Source: an uncultured Methanomicrobiaceae archaeon
GTDB lineage: Archaea > Halobacteriota > Methanomicrobia > Methanomicrobiales > Methanoculleaceae
Direction of reading: 5' to 3'
Length of the DNA stretch: 64,000 bases
Assembly: GCA_963826525.1 (NCBI GenBank)
Contig: CAWGXH010000003.1
Span: 128,001-192,000 of the forward strand
Part shown: positions 11,116 to 21,616 of the stretch, one piece after another
Numbering within the stretch: position 1 is the stretch's first letter
Layout: every line of letters starts with the position of its first letter
Position numbers and translations under genes: made by a program
The notes under the pieces: model-generated
What the model was told of the DNA's origin: nothing
The model's input: the letters and a program-made list of their open reading frames with translations, nothing else
The model's database searches: none

Positions 11116-11335
11116 TAGGAGAAGGAGATTCGCTGAACTACCGGGAGGATCTGCCAACCCTGAACCGGGACGCAAAAAGGCAGGTATGAAACTGCCGATA
11201 TCTTTTGAGAAAAGAGTGGTCCGGGTGGTACCCCCGGGCTTTCAGCCCCCAATCGGTCGATGTCCGGAGGTCTGCCTGCACCCCGGATCGCGCACCGGAC
11301 AGACGGCACCATCCGGATAGTCGGCCCGCTACCTC

Positions 11336-11953
11336 TTACGCAAAGACGCCGGCGAGGTAGATGAGGCCGAATACGATGAGCCCCACTCCGCATGCCCCGA
11401 GTATCCACCGGTACGCCTGCTCGCCGAGGATAAACCTACCGTGATGGATACTCGCCGATACGAGCGTCAGCCACCCGAGATCCGCTGCCCAGTGGCCGAG
11501 GACGAACGCCGCCGCAACTATGATGCCTCCTTCGTAGGCAGCTACCAGAAGTGCACTCCCGACGGTGAGCCACCAGATCCAGAAATACGGGTTCGAGAGG
11601 CTGGTCACCGCTCCGGCAACGACGGGACGTGTGATGGTGTCTGTCCCGGCAGCGGGAAGACCTGCTGCCTGCCTGCTCTCCCGCACCGTCAGGAGGCCGA
11701 AGACGACCAGGGCCGCCCCGCCGATCCCGGCAATGACTCCGGTGTACGTGCCGATCACCGCACCGATACCGGCGACGATGAGCAGGACTATCAGCACCTC
11801 GACCGCGATATGCCCGAGCGTCACGCGCGGCCCTGCGCTCCACCCGGTGCGGAGCGAGGCGTTGATCGTCGCGATGAGGGTTGGACCCGGAGCGAGCGCA
11901 CCGGTCAGGCCGATGAGAAAACCGAGGATGAGAGCGTCCGGTATCGTATACAT
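11336..11953 (-). CDS. LysE family translocator
   Basis: GALAPGPT, GHIAVE and SNPYFWIWW motifs. Confidence 0.9.
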   Translation of the reverse strand: MYTIPDALILGFLIGLTGALAPGPTLIATINASLRTGWSAGPRVTLGHIAVEVLIVLLIVAGIGAVIGTYTGVIAGIGGAALVVFGLLTVRESRQAAGLPAAGTDTITRPVVAGAVTSLSNPYFWIWWLTVGSALLVAAYEGGIIVAAAFVLGHWAADLGWLTLVSASIHHGRFILGEQAYRWILGACGVGLIVFGLIYLAGVFA

Positions 11954-12073
11954 GGCGGCCAGCAACCGAGAGGTACCTTTGCTCTGGGCATGCATAGCCT
12001 TTCCGCAGATGGAGCGGGAGCATCCCCACTGTCAACGGGCAGATTTATCGAATCGAATGACGCAGGGTAGAGC

Positions 12074-12826
12074 ATGGACTATTCGTTCCTCTTTAAGATG
12101 TTCGCGGGGCTTCCCCGCCAGGGGCCGGGCAGCAACGCCTGCACGAGAAAAGCCTTCTCCCTGCTGACCGATCTCCCTGCGAAGCCGGAGATCGCCGATA
12201 TCGGGTGTGGAGCGGGTATGCAGACGGTAGAACTCGCCCGGATCTGCCCGGAATGCCGGATCACGGCAGTGGACATCTACCAGCCGTACCTCGACGCTCT
12301 CCGCCGGAATGCGGAGGATGCAGGCGTGAACGACCGGATAACGACCGTCCGTGCATCGATGGACGATCTCCCGCTCCCGGATGCCTCCTTCGACGTCGTC
12401 TGGGCGGAGGGGTCGATCTTCGTCATCGGCCTTGCGGAGGGGCTCGCGGCCTGGAAACGGCTGCTCCGGCCGGGAGGGTATCTCTGCCTCACCGAGTCGG
12501 CCTGGTTCACCGACACGCCCTCGGAGGAGGCCGAAGCCTTCTGGCTAGAGGTGTACCCCGAGATTAAGACTGTCCGGGAAACCGCAGCCGTTGCGGCGGC
12601 AGCCGGTTACGACGTCCTCGGTTCGTTCCGCCTCCCGGCGTCGGCCTGGTGGGACGACTACTACGCGCCCTTCTGCGAGCGGCTGGTGGAGATCCGGGCG
12701 TCTGCGGCCGGCAACGCCGATGCCGAGGCTGTGGTCGCCAACTTCGAGCGGGAGATCGCGGTCTACCGGGAGCATGCGGACGAGTACGGGTACGCGTTTT
12801 TTATCCTCCGCACACGGGAGGATTGA
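12074..12826 (+). CDS. Class I SAM-dependent methyltransferase
   Basis: DIGCGAG motif I, FDVVWAEG and LRPGG. Confidence 0.9.
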   Translation: MDYSFLFKMFAGLPRQGPGSNACTRKAFSLLTDLPAKPEIADIGCGAGMQTVELARICPECRITAVDIYQPYLDALRRNAEDAGVNDRITTVRASMDDLPLPDASFDVVWAEGSIFVIGLAEGLAAWKRLLRPGGYLCLTESAWFTDTPSEEAEAFWLEVYPEIKTVRETAAVAAAAGYDVLGSFRLPASAWWDDYYAPFCERLVEIRASAAGNADAEAVVANFEREIAVYREHADEYGYAFFILRTRED

Positions 12827-12887
12827 GCCGCCGATACTATTTTAGGCAGAAGCGACACTGGAGCACCTGAAGAGGGGATGAGTCCTT

Positions 12888-13307
12888 ATGTCGGACAAAT
12901 TGATGGAATACTTCAACAAACAGCCGAGGATCGGCACGCTCAGCACCGCAAGCCGCGACGGGAAGGTCGATGCGGCCGTCTTCGGCTCGCCGCAGATGGT
13001 CGATGAAAAGACCGTAATGATGGGGCTTGGGAAGGATCGCACGCTTGCATACCTGCAGGAGAACCCGAACGCCGTCTACCTGATCGTGGAGCCGGGAGAG
13101 ACGTTCATGGACTGGAAAGGGATCAGGGTGTACCTGAAGATGACCGCGTGCGACACATCAGGAGAGATGTTAAAGACCTTCAAGCAGCAGATGGCCGAAG
13201 TTGTGGGCGAACAGGCGGCGGAGATGGTCTATGCAGCGGTGATGTTTGAGGTTACGGAGATACGGCCCCTCATCGATATGGGGCAGGGCTGGGAGCAGTC
13301 CGTCTGA
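12888..13307 (+). CDS. Pyridoxamine 5'-phosphate oxidase-like FMN-binding protein
   Basis: LSTASRDGKVDAA...TLAYLQENP split-barrel pattern. Confidence 0.8.
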   Translation: MSDKLMEYFNKQPRIGTLSTASRDGKVDAAVFGSPQMVDEKTVMMGLGKDRTLAYLQENPNAVYLIVEPGETFMDWKGIRVYLKMTACDTSGEMLKTFKQQMAEVVGEQAAEMVYAAVMFEVTEIRPLIDMGQGWEQSV

Positions 13308-13362
13308 TTTTTCTATCGAAAGCAGTGGTATCGCGTCGGGTGTGGGAGATCAGGTTGTTCTC

Positions 13363-13632
13363 TCACCCGCTTTGATACTCCTCCAGCAGCGCATCGGCAT
13401 ATGCGTCTGTCTTCTTCGTCGGGATGTAGTTGAAGACCCGGGCACGTTTGAGCAGCTCATCACGGACGGCGGCGTCGCTCTTCAGGTCTAATTTTCGCAC
13501 GCCGTCGACGATCTCGTCGAGCTGATTGATGCCCGTCTCCTTGCCGTCGACGAGGATTGCCCTGATTTTAATAGCGTCGGGCTTGATCCCGCCGCAGACA
13601 GTGCAGTACTCGCCTTCTTTTTCGTTGGTCAT
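13363..13632 (-). CDS. Small conserved protein with N-terminal CxxC
   Basis: MTNEKEGEYCTVCGG...FNYIPTKKTDAYADALLEEY; co-oriented and tightly spaced with the cupin gene. Confidence 0.7.
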   Translation of the reverse strand: MTNEKEGEYCTVCGGIKPDAIKIRAILVDGKETGINQLDEIVDGVRKLDLKSDAAVRDELLKRARVFNYIPTKKTDAYADALLEEYQSG

Positions 13633-13640
13633 GCTGACGC

Positions 13641-13976
13641 TCACTCCCGGATCATGACAAGCGACATTTTGAATCTGGTGACGGCGGAGAGTGCGTGGGG
13701 GACGTTTGCCGGGAAGATGATGGTGTCGCCTTTGTTCATCGGGTGCGTCTCGCCTGCCACCCAGACCTCGCACTCGCCGTCCAGGATCGTCACCACCGCG
13801 TCATACGGTGCCGTATGTTCGCTGAGCCCCTCGTCCTCGTCGAAGGAGAAGAGCGTGATGCTCCCTGACGGTTTGTTGACGATCATCCTGCTCGCCACTG
13901 CTCCGTCCTGGTAGGCGACGAGGTCCTGTAACCGGAGGACTTTTCCCCGGAGTTCGCTGCGTTTCTCCTCGGACAT
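13641..13976 (-). CDS. Cupin domain protein
   Basis: FSFDEDEGLSEHTAPYDA...PANVPHAL. Confidence 0.85.
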   Translation of the reverse strand: MSEEKRSELRGKVLRLQDLVAYQDGAVASRMIVNKPSGSITLFSFDEDEGLSEHTAPYDAVVTILDGECEVWVAGETHPMNKGDTIIFPANVPHALSAVTRFKMSLVMIRE

Positions 13977-13998
13977 ACTCTCTCCTCTGTTTTCTGTT

Positions 13999-14205
13999 CT
14001 ATATCTCTTTTTGCTCTTTTCCGTCACAAAGCGCCCCGTCAAGGCCGCCGGGATGGCACTCCGCTTTGCTGTCACCCGGTTTTGCCTCGCCGGGCTGCAG
14101 CGTGATCACCGCCGCCGTCGCATGGTCGGTATCGTAGACCTGCCGGGCATCCATCCCGTGTGGGTTTTTACGGATAGGTTCCTTCGTGACAGCGACAATC
14201 TTCAT
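13999..14205 (-). pseudogene. Truncated cupin
   Basis: MKIVAVTKEPIRKNPHGMDARQVYDTDHATAAVITLQPGE matches a cupin N-terminus, then similarity is lost before the His motifs. Confidence 0.55.
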
Positions 14206-14210
14206 ACGAT

Positions 14211-14990
14211 TCATCCCTTGTAGTTCGTCCAGTAGTTCGCCAGGCACTCCCGCCGCCGCCGCTCCTCGCGGCGTGTCCGCATCTCCGGATAGGTCGGCTC
14301 CGTGCTCTGCACCGCCGGGCAGAAGGGGCAGAGAGCGAACGGAACCTCGTCTGCCCTCTCCCTGACCGGACAGAGGTAGGTTCCCTCCCACAAATCGACG
14401 ACCTGCCCGCCGGGAAACGGAGTGCCGACCGGGTGGGCGGGCTCCTCCAGCACGAAGATGGCAAATGCGGCGAGGAGATACTTCAGGTAGAGGTATTTTG
14501 GGTCTTTCTCCTCTGCCTTTTCACTGCAGGCGTCGGCGACCATCCGGCAGTATCCGGAGAGGCCGGGGGGCGGCGGCTCCGTCATCGAACCTGCTCTGCC
14601 GCTCCGCGAGAGAACCAGCAGGCGGTGATGGCCTCCGGATATCTGCTCCCCGACTTTTTCGAGGAGCCGGGTTTGATAGTCCTTCGGAAGGTGCCTGACC
14701 TTCTCTTTGAACCGGGCATGCATCCGCTCGAGATCCCGGAGGTCGTACCGCTCCACTTCATGGGCGAGCAGGGCAAGAAGTTCACCCTTTGTTCGGGCAC
14801 GCTCTATCCGGCAGCATGCCCGGCCTATCCGATCGGCAGAAGCTGCACCGGAGCGAGTCTCGCCGGATCCGTCCTCCGCGAAGGTATCGATGAGGAGCGT
14901 GTATACTTCGCCCAGGTCGGTCTCGACCGTTTCTGTCGGACAGCCACTGATACGCCTGATGATGCGCGAAAAAAAGTGCTGCAGACCCAT
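14211..14990 (-). CDS. DUF2115 (UPF0305) family protein
   Basis: From MGLQHFFSR; HPVGTPFPGG, YLCPVR and CPFCPA motifs. Confidence 0.85.
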   Translation of the reverse strand: MGLQHFFSRIIRRISGCPTETVETDLGEVYTLLIDTFAEDGSGETRSGAASADRIGRACCRIERARTKGELLALLAHEVERYDLRDLERMHARFKEKVRHLPKDYQTRLLEKVGEQISGGHHRLLVLSRSGRAGSMTEPPPPGLSGYCRMVADACSEKAEEKDPKYLYLKYLLAAFAIFVLEEPAHPVGTPFPGGQVVDLWEGTYLCPVRERADEVPFALCPFCPAVQSTEPTYPEMRTRREERRRRECLANYWTNYKG

Positions 14991-15038
14991 GGTGCCACCT
15001 GAACGGGTGTATCCCTCAGATCTTCTGCTCCGCGAGGG

Positions 15039-15060
15039 TATAAGTGTGGTGTAACTTATA
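15039..15060. promoter_or_regulatory. Inverted repeat TATAAGT-N8-ACTTATA: divergent TATA boxes and/or operator
   Basis: Perfect 7-bp arms in the 81-bp gap between the divergent DUF2115 and TrmB genes. Confidence 0.55.
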
Positions 15061-15071
15061 GAGTAACAGTA

Positions 15072-15890
15072 ATGGATGATCTGATCCGGAACCTGACCAC
15101 CCTCGGGCTGAAAGAGTACGAAGCACGGGTCTACGCCGCCCTCGTCGGCCTCGGTGAGGGAAACGCCCGGCAGATCCACGAAGCCAGCGGTGTGCCCCGC
15201 CCCCGGGTCTACGACATCGCCGAGGCCCTCGCGAACCGGGGTTTTATCAGAGTGCAACGGGGAAATCCGCATCTCTACATCCCGGTCGAACCTGCAGTCC
15301 TCGTCAACCAGCTGAAGAGCGGCATGGAACAGGCAGCTGCCGATGCGGTTCATGATCTCGATACCCTCTCGCTCGATGCCCGGTCGAAGAACGCCCCGAT
15401 CTGGTACGTGCAGGGGGATTGGAGCATCCACCGGCATGCAGAGTCGCTGGTGATGGGAGCTCTTTGCGAACTTGCCGTCGTCTGCATGGACTACGAGCAG
15501 ATCGGTGATTACGCTCGTCCCATCGCCGATGCGGCGGAGCGCTGCCCTGTCAGTATCCTCTTCCCGAACGGCAAACGGGGGGTTGCGCGAACGCTCGGCA
15601 ATGCAGCGCTCTATACGCCGCGGGCGTTCTGCGACTTCTTCCAGGAGCATATCTTCGCGACAGTCTTCAGCGGGCCGGTCTCGGTGGACGGATCTTCGTT
15701 CCTCCTCGAGTACATCTTCATCGCCGACGATCGGGTCTGCATGCTCGTCTACGCAGAGAACGGTATCCGGAATGCGGTGGTGATCACGCTGCCGTTCATC
15801 ACCCGTATCCAGAAACAGTTCGTCTCGAGGATGATCGCCCACGCAGAACCTCTCGAAACGAGCGCAAAGGTGGAGCAGAAGGATGCGTGA
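15072..15890 (+). CDS. TrmB family transcriptional regulator
   Basis: LGLKEYEARVYAAL...SGVPRPRVYDIAEAL wHTH plus a C-terminal effector domain. Confidence 0.9.
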   Translation: MDDLIRNLTTLGLKEYEARVYAALVGLGEGNARQIHEASGVPRPRVYDIAEALANRGFIRVQRGNPHLYIPVEPAVLVNQLKSGMEQAAADAVHDLDTLSLDARSKNAPIWYVQGDWSIHRHAESLVMGALCELAVVCMDYEQIGDYARPIADAAERCPVSILFPNGKRGVARTLGNAALYTPRAFCDFFQEHIFATVFSGPVSVDGSSFLLEYIFIADDRVCMLVYAENGIRNAVVITLPFITRIQKQFVSRMIAHAEPLETSAKVEQKDA

Positions 15891-16139
15891 CCCTTCCCCG
15901 GATCAGCTGGCACCCGGCGGAACGGTGATGGAAAGCCCGGAAGATCCGAACGAATTCTAGACGGCGGCACATCGACCCATCCCGGTTTTCTCCGGGGTCG
16001 AATGACCGTGAACCGAGTACTTATTTATGACCGTCGCCCTATCCCGGGTCCGGACGCCCTTCCGAAAGACGTCCGATCCGGGCAGGATGGACGGGTGCTT
16101 CTGCGCCCTCACATCCGGAGATAGACCCGAGGAGGAAGA

Positions 16140-17315
16140 ATGACACAGGATACGCCCACCGGTTTTGTCCGGGGGATTATGCAGGAGTATGCAGCCCTGA
16201 CCGGTCTGGAGCCCGCCGGTGCCCGCCCGCGGCGTTACCTCTGGACGGATGCGTTCGCGGTCTGCAACTACCTTGAGATCTACCGCCGCACGGGTGACGA
16301 GGCCTTCCGTGACCTCGCACTGCGGCTTGTCGGGGAGGTGCATTTCACCCTCGGCCGACACCGCGGCGACGATCGGCGGACCGGCTGGATCAGCGGCCTC
16401 GCCGCCGAGGAGGGCGAGCAGCATCCAACGATCGGGGGCCTTCGGATCGGGAAAGACCTGAACGAACGCGCGATCGACGAGCCGTTCGATGAACAGCTGG
16501 AATGGGACCGGGACGGGCAGTACTACCATTACCTGACAAAGTGGATGCATGCCCTCAGCCGCGTGGCTGCGGTTACCGGCGACCTCACGTATCTTCGGTG
16601 GGCGATGGAGCTTGCCGGGGGTGCCCACGCCGCGTTCACGTATGTCCCTCCATCAGGCGGCAGAAAGCGGATGTACTGGAAGATGAGCATCGATCTCTCC
16701 CGGCCTCTCGTTCCCTCCATGGGGCAGCACGACCCGCTCGACGGGTTCGTCACCTACAGCGAGTTGCAGGCGGCAGCGAGGAACCGGTTCGGGGCATCGG
16801 TCGGGATCGATCTCTCGCCCGAGATCACCGATATGGCCGGAATCTGCCGGGGAACACGTTTCATCACCGACGACCCGCTCGGTCTTGGCGGGCTCCTCTC
16901 CGATGCCTCACGGATCGCCCGGCTGACGATCGAGGGGGAGTTCACCGACACCGAATTGCTGGGCTCAGTCCTGGATGCAGCACGGGTCGGCCTTGCCTCC
17001 TTCGCGGCGAGGGGAACTACCGGGTATCCCGCCGGATACCGCCTTGCCTTCCGCGAGCTTGGGCTTGCCATCGGACTTGCGGGCGTCCCGGAGATGCTGG
17101 AAGGGTTCGAGGCGCATCCGGGTGTCTTCGGCCGCGACCCCTCCCTGTTGCGGCGGGTGCAGGCTCTCGCGGAGTACCTGCCGCTTGGCGAGGCGATCAC
17201 GGCGTTCTGGCTGGATGAGAATAATCGGAAGGTCGCCACCTGGATAGACCACCGGGAGATCAACATGGTGATGCTCGCGACAAGCCTCGCTCCCGGGGAG
17301 TTTCTGAAGGTTTAG
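16140..17315 (+). CDS. Conserved hypothetical protein, possible (alpha/alpha)-barrel glycosidase-like fold
   Basis: Intact 391-aa ORF with motif-like blocks RYLWTDAFAVCN, DRDGQYYHYLTKW, MGQHDPLDG, RLAFRELG and HREINMVMLA. Confidence 0.7.
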   Translation: MTQDTPTGFVRGIMQEYAALTGLEPAGARPRRYLWTDAFAVCNYLEIYRRTGDEAFRDLALRLVGEVHFTLGRHRGDDRRTGWISGLAAEEGEQHPTIGGLRIGKDLNERAIDEPFDEQLEWDRDGQYYHYLTKWMHALSRVAAVTGDLTYLRWAMELAGGAHAAFTYVPPSGGRKRMYWKMSIDLSRPLVPSMGQHDPLDGFVTYSELQAAARNRFGASVGIDLSPEITDMAGICRGTRFITDDPLGLGGLLSDASRIARLTIEGEFTDTELLGSVLDAARVGLASFAARGTTGYPAGYRLAFRELGLAIGLAGVPEMLEGFEAHPGVFGRDPSLLRRVQALAEYLPLGEAITAFWLDENNRKVATWIDHREINMVMLATSLAPGEFLKV

Positions 17316-17338
17316 GTGCCGGTGCACGAGCCTTCCCG

Positions 17339-17807
17339 ATGGGATGGCGCGTGTTATCCCTGAGGCTCTCAGGACTCCGTGGTTTTGTCAAGGGCATGAA
17401 TATGATGTCGACCGAACTGAAACAGCTCGATAATACCAGAGTGGTGATCCCGAACGGTAAAGTCTGGAATAATCCGATTATCAACATTACGAGGATGCCG
17501 ACACAGCTGATCGTCCTTGAATCTCCGGTATCCTACAACACCGTTATCAGCGATGCGGTGAGTGTGGCATTGAAAGCGGCAGAGACGCACCCAAAAATTC
17601 ATTCAGACCCCGAACCGATTGTTCGCTTCAAGGAGATGGCCGACTCTGCCGTCACCCTTCAGCCTCCGGGCATGGGTGAACACGGAGAATTATTATCCCG
17701 TGAGGTCCGAGTTGATGCGATCGGTTTTTGAGGATCGCAGTACAGCAGGGGTTCATATCCCCTATCCGCAGATGGACGTCCATATGAAGCGGGACAGAGA
17801 CCCCTGA
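17339..17807 (+). pseudogene. MscS mechanosensitive channel, C-terminal remnant
   Basis: STELKQLDNTRVVIPNGKVWNNPIIN...MADSAV...GVHIPYPQMDVH across a frameshift; no N-terminal TM helices. Confidence 0.7.
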
Positions 17808-18079
17808 TTATTCGCTCTCATGCAAGGCTCTGGAGATAGGAACGGGTGACAGAGAGCCGGAAGGACAACCGGCAGGCAGATTCTCCAAAATATCACATCG
17901 GAGAGGGGAATCATCTTCCCCTGCCCCTGTCACGGTACCGGCACTTTTTCGACAACCGGGGTTCCGGTTTCGCGGAGATCACAGCAGCCGGAGAGGAGTG
18001 CACCCGTCAGAAGGGCTCTCCATCGGAATCATGACAGGTCTGCGCCGGCGCAGTCAGAATGACCCTGTCCGGCGGATCT

Positions 18080-19277
18080 TTACAGCAGCTCATGCCGCTG
18101 GAGGTACGTCCGGATCTTCCGTGATTCGATCCAGCCCTGGTCGAGTTCTTTGATGTAGTCGTTAATCCGCTCGACCTGATTGCTGATCGTCTCCGTGGCC
18201 TTCGCATCGTCGGTGAGGTCCGCCATGCCCTGGATCACCTGGAGCGGCTGGCGGACATGGTCGGCGAGGACGGCAATCTGCTCGATGTTGCGCTCGATCT
18301 GCTCGAACGCCCGCATTCTGATAGCTTCGGATTGTTTTCTCTCGGTGATGTCGCGAACAATACAGAGGACCTCCCGCTCGTTCAGCGCCAGCAGACGTGC
18401 CTCAAACTGCCTGATCCCTGACGGGACGGCAAGCTCGTACTCCAGGCACTGGAGTTCCGCGGTCTCGATCGCTCTTCCTATCGCCTGCAGGATGGCATCT
18501 GCGGATTCCGGGGAAAACCCGGCATCGCGAATGTTTTTCCCGATAATCTCATCCGGAGGCAGCGCGAGCAGGCGTACATCAGGTACCTGGAAGTCCCGGG
18601 TACTCTCCGTCACGGGAGAGGACGAACATCAGGTCCGGGATAGCGCCGAGGAGTACGGCGTTCCTGTGCTCCGTTTCCTGGATCTGCTCCTCCACGTATC
18701 CTCGCTCTTCCACTTCTGCCTTCAACTGTTCGTTAGCCGTTTGCAATGCCGCATTGGCGTCCCGGACGCGTTTCGTGATGAGTGCCATCTCGCTGAAGAG
18801 ACGAGCCAGGTGAGAGAAGAAGTCCATCATCTTCAGCACACGGTCTTTGGAGATGATCGGGACTTTTGCGAGCGCTTCGAGGTAGGTGTCCGTATCAAAC
18901 CCGAACTCTTCAGCCTGCCTGATAAAGAAGTCCCGATCAGGCGGTTCAAAGAAGAACTGTCCGATTACAAAGTATCCGATGCGTTCGCCCTGAATGGTGA
19001 TAGGTACGGAGATCGTCACAAGACCGTTCTTGCACTGATAGATGGCGTAACGCTCTCCGGTGGCAACGTGCCCGCTCAGTATGGTGTCGTTCTTCAGGCA
19101 TCGTGCCGCCGTTACGGGATGAACACGGTGAAAATGAGTGCAGATATCCTGCCACCCGGCGGCAACGAGAATCGTGCCTTCTCGATCGAGAATGGTGGTG
19201 GAAACACCCGTCAGAGCTGAGAAACTCTTGCAGAGGGCTTCGAGCTCGTCGATATCCATCAGATCGGATAGATTCAT
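18080..19277 (-). CDS. PocR-PAS sensor with C-terminal HisKA-like domain and no ATPase; frameshift near 18590
   Basis: PocR motifs GWQDICTHFHR, CKNGL and IGQFF; PAS AIPDLMF...VRDITERK; tail ADHVRQPLQ...LDQGWIES. Confidence 0.85.
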
Positions 19278-20383
19278 GGCACCGTCCTCTGTGCCCTGTG
19301 GCACGAGCGCTCGTTTAGACTGTCTTTCTTTGTCTGGAGGCCACGTATCGATCTGCTTCGTCGCTGGAGCCCCGTCGCCGGTGCGGTCAACTTCTGCCTC
19401 CGGTTCGCCCGTAACGGGCCTGCTCCGGGATCGCAGGTCCTGATCGAATAAACATCTCATATTTCCTGAACCCTTGATTTACTCCTGTGTCCGGCTCGGG
19501 AGCTGCGTGTCCTGAACCCCTGATATCTCCGGAAGGCGGGCGCAGTGATGACGGCCACAGGACTGTTTTCCTGAACTCCGGACTCCGGGCGACTGATATC
19601 GTGTCGCGGTCAACAGGGGTGGTGTCCCGGCTGACCCCCGAACCATAGAGTGCCAGCATACCCGTCCTCTATTTTATTCAGAGAGAATTATTTTTAAATG
19701 GTAATATATTTTCTGCCCACAATACCCCCGATTCTGGTTATAGTTTCTGTCTGTAGGAGTGATAGGTTTTGTACATAGGTTCATCTCAGGGTTGTTCTGC
19801 CTCTCGTGCGTGTAACCCGGCCGGGCGCTGTGAATTTATTGGCTCTCGAGGTTTCCTGCACCGTCACGGAAAAGACTCTTTTCTGCCCGGTTTCCACACC
19901 TTCGGGTAAGGCATGGCAGCATAGGAGCAATCCCGGCAAGGGCTGCGGGGCGTACCGTAACTGCAGGAGCGTATGTCTTACCCCGGTCTACGCTCGCCCT
20001 CGATTGCGCTCAGGGCGACCCGTTTGCGGCACCAGGCATTGGGAGGAGCGGTATTATCACTATCACACGGCCCTGCCGGGAGATCCTGTGGCGCCGGCGG
20101 CCTCCCCGGCCGTGGAAGTACGGTGCACCCTTCTTTGAGGAGACCCCCCACCTGCCCGGCTCTTCTCGTATTCGAACCGTCTTCGGCTGTTTCCCTGGCT
20201 CCGGTATCTTCCACCGTCACGATGAACCTCTCACAGGTCATGGCGGGGCTCGCCGCCGTCTGCACGGTCATTCCCGGGTAGGGGGGGATACGGGGCTGTT
20301 GCTTGCGGTCAGTCGCCAACGTTCTGGGGACGGGTCTGCCCGATGCCGGCACGAGCCGCCGATACGAAAAGAGGGGGGATCCT

Positions 20384-21241
20384 TCAGTCCCAGAGAGCGG
20401 TCTTCTCCTCGGTCCATGCCGGATCGACGAAATCCAGGGTCGTCGCCACTGAGTCTCCGGTATTCCGGAACCCTTTCATCTGATCCGGCGGAATGTACGC
20501 AGCACTCCCGGCCGGGACCGAGACTACCTCCCCGTCGGGTGTTGTGATCTCGAGCTCGCCGCTGATCACGTAGATGAGATCGGACGAGCCGCTCAGCCGG
20601 TCGTACCCGAGGTACCCGCCGGGAGGAATTCGGCGTAGGCGACACTGTAGTTGATCGGAACCTCATGCATCAATACCGGATTCATGAGCGTGTAGACCAC
20701 CGCACCTGACCCGGAATCCCACTCGATCCCCTCCCTGGGATCGGAGACGATCCTCGGTACTCCGTTGGTCACCGTATCGAGTGCGGGGGGTGCTATCCCC
20801 GAGACCTCGATTGCGGAGGTGAAGGGGGGCTGGATCACGGTAATATAGTGGAGTTCGGTATCCCCGGCTGCGGCTATCGACTGCAGCACGCCTTCCGGCA
20901 GGAGCACGGTCGCCCCTTCGCGGGCTGTCACCGTCTCGTTATCGCAGTGGATCTCCGCCTCTCCGCTGAGGAAATAGTCAAGTTCCACGCTTCCGACCAG
21001 CCGATGCGGGGCCGTCGCATTTCCCGGCGGAATGATGACATGCCCCATGCTGTAGTTGGTCATGATCTGCGGCGTTTCCTCACCGATAAGCCCCATATAC
21101 ATAGCCTGGCCATCGAAAATGGTGATTCCTTCCACCGGAGTGATCGAGCTGAATACGCTCGTCCACCGCAGGCGGATTCGGCGAGAGACATCCGGCGGAG
21201 AGGAGCATGCAGGTGATGAGAAGAGGAACAATCCTGTACAT
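20384..21241 (-). CDS. Bicupin lipoprotein (frameshifts near 21145 and 20600)
   Basis: Hand-read start MYRIVPLLITCMLLSAGC; two cupin repeats (PPGNATAPHRL..ELDYFLSG and YAEFLP..IYVISGE). Confidence 0.7.
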
Positions 21242-21616
21242 GGTTATTCATTCTGCAAGGGAGCAAATGAATTCGAGCGCCTGCGGCTGGTATGCCTGAA
21301 GGCGATTCAAACGCCTGAAACCCTGTGATTCTGATGCTGCGGGAAATATCTGCTTTCCGTGATGGCTGTAGTAGGTCTCCTCTATCGGTTTTCCCTCAGG
21401 TACTGGCGTTCGACCCCCTGTCCCATATTTTCGGAATGCATTACGTGTCTGGCGGAGAGGAGTACAGGACACACCTCAAGGAGTCGAGCAGACCGGAGAT
21501 GCCGCGCCATTCTCCTGAAAACCCTGGGAATTCGGATTTTATCGCTCACCTACCGCAAGAGAGGCGGCGATTCGATCAGGAACGTATACATTTTGTCCGT
21601 GCGAAAGAGTACCTTA

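Noticed and set aside
14991-15842. Apparent 543-aa DUF2115 protein with a long N-terminal extension
   Set aside because: The extension is the antisense of trmB; the real start is at 14990.
19545-19596. GTGATGA...CTGA...CTGA as a C/D-box sRNA
   Set aside because: No C' box, guide lengths are atypical, and there is no clear terminal stem.
19660-20380. Long gap with several short ORFs
   Set aside because: No recognisable protein motifs, repeats or convincing RNA structure by eye.
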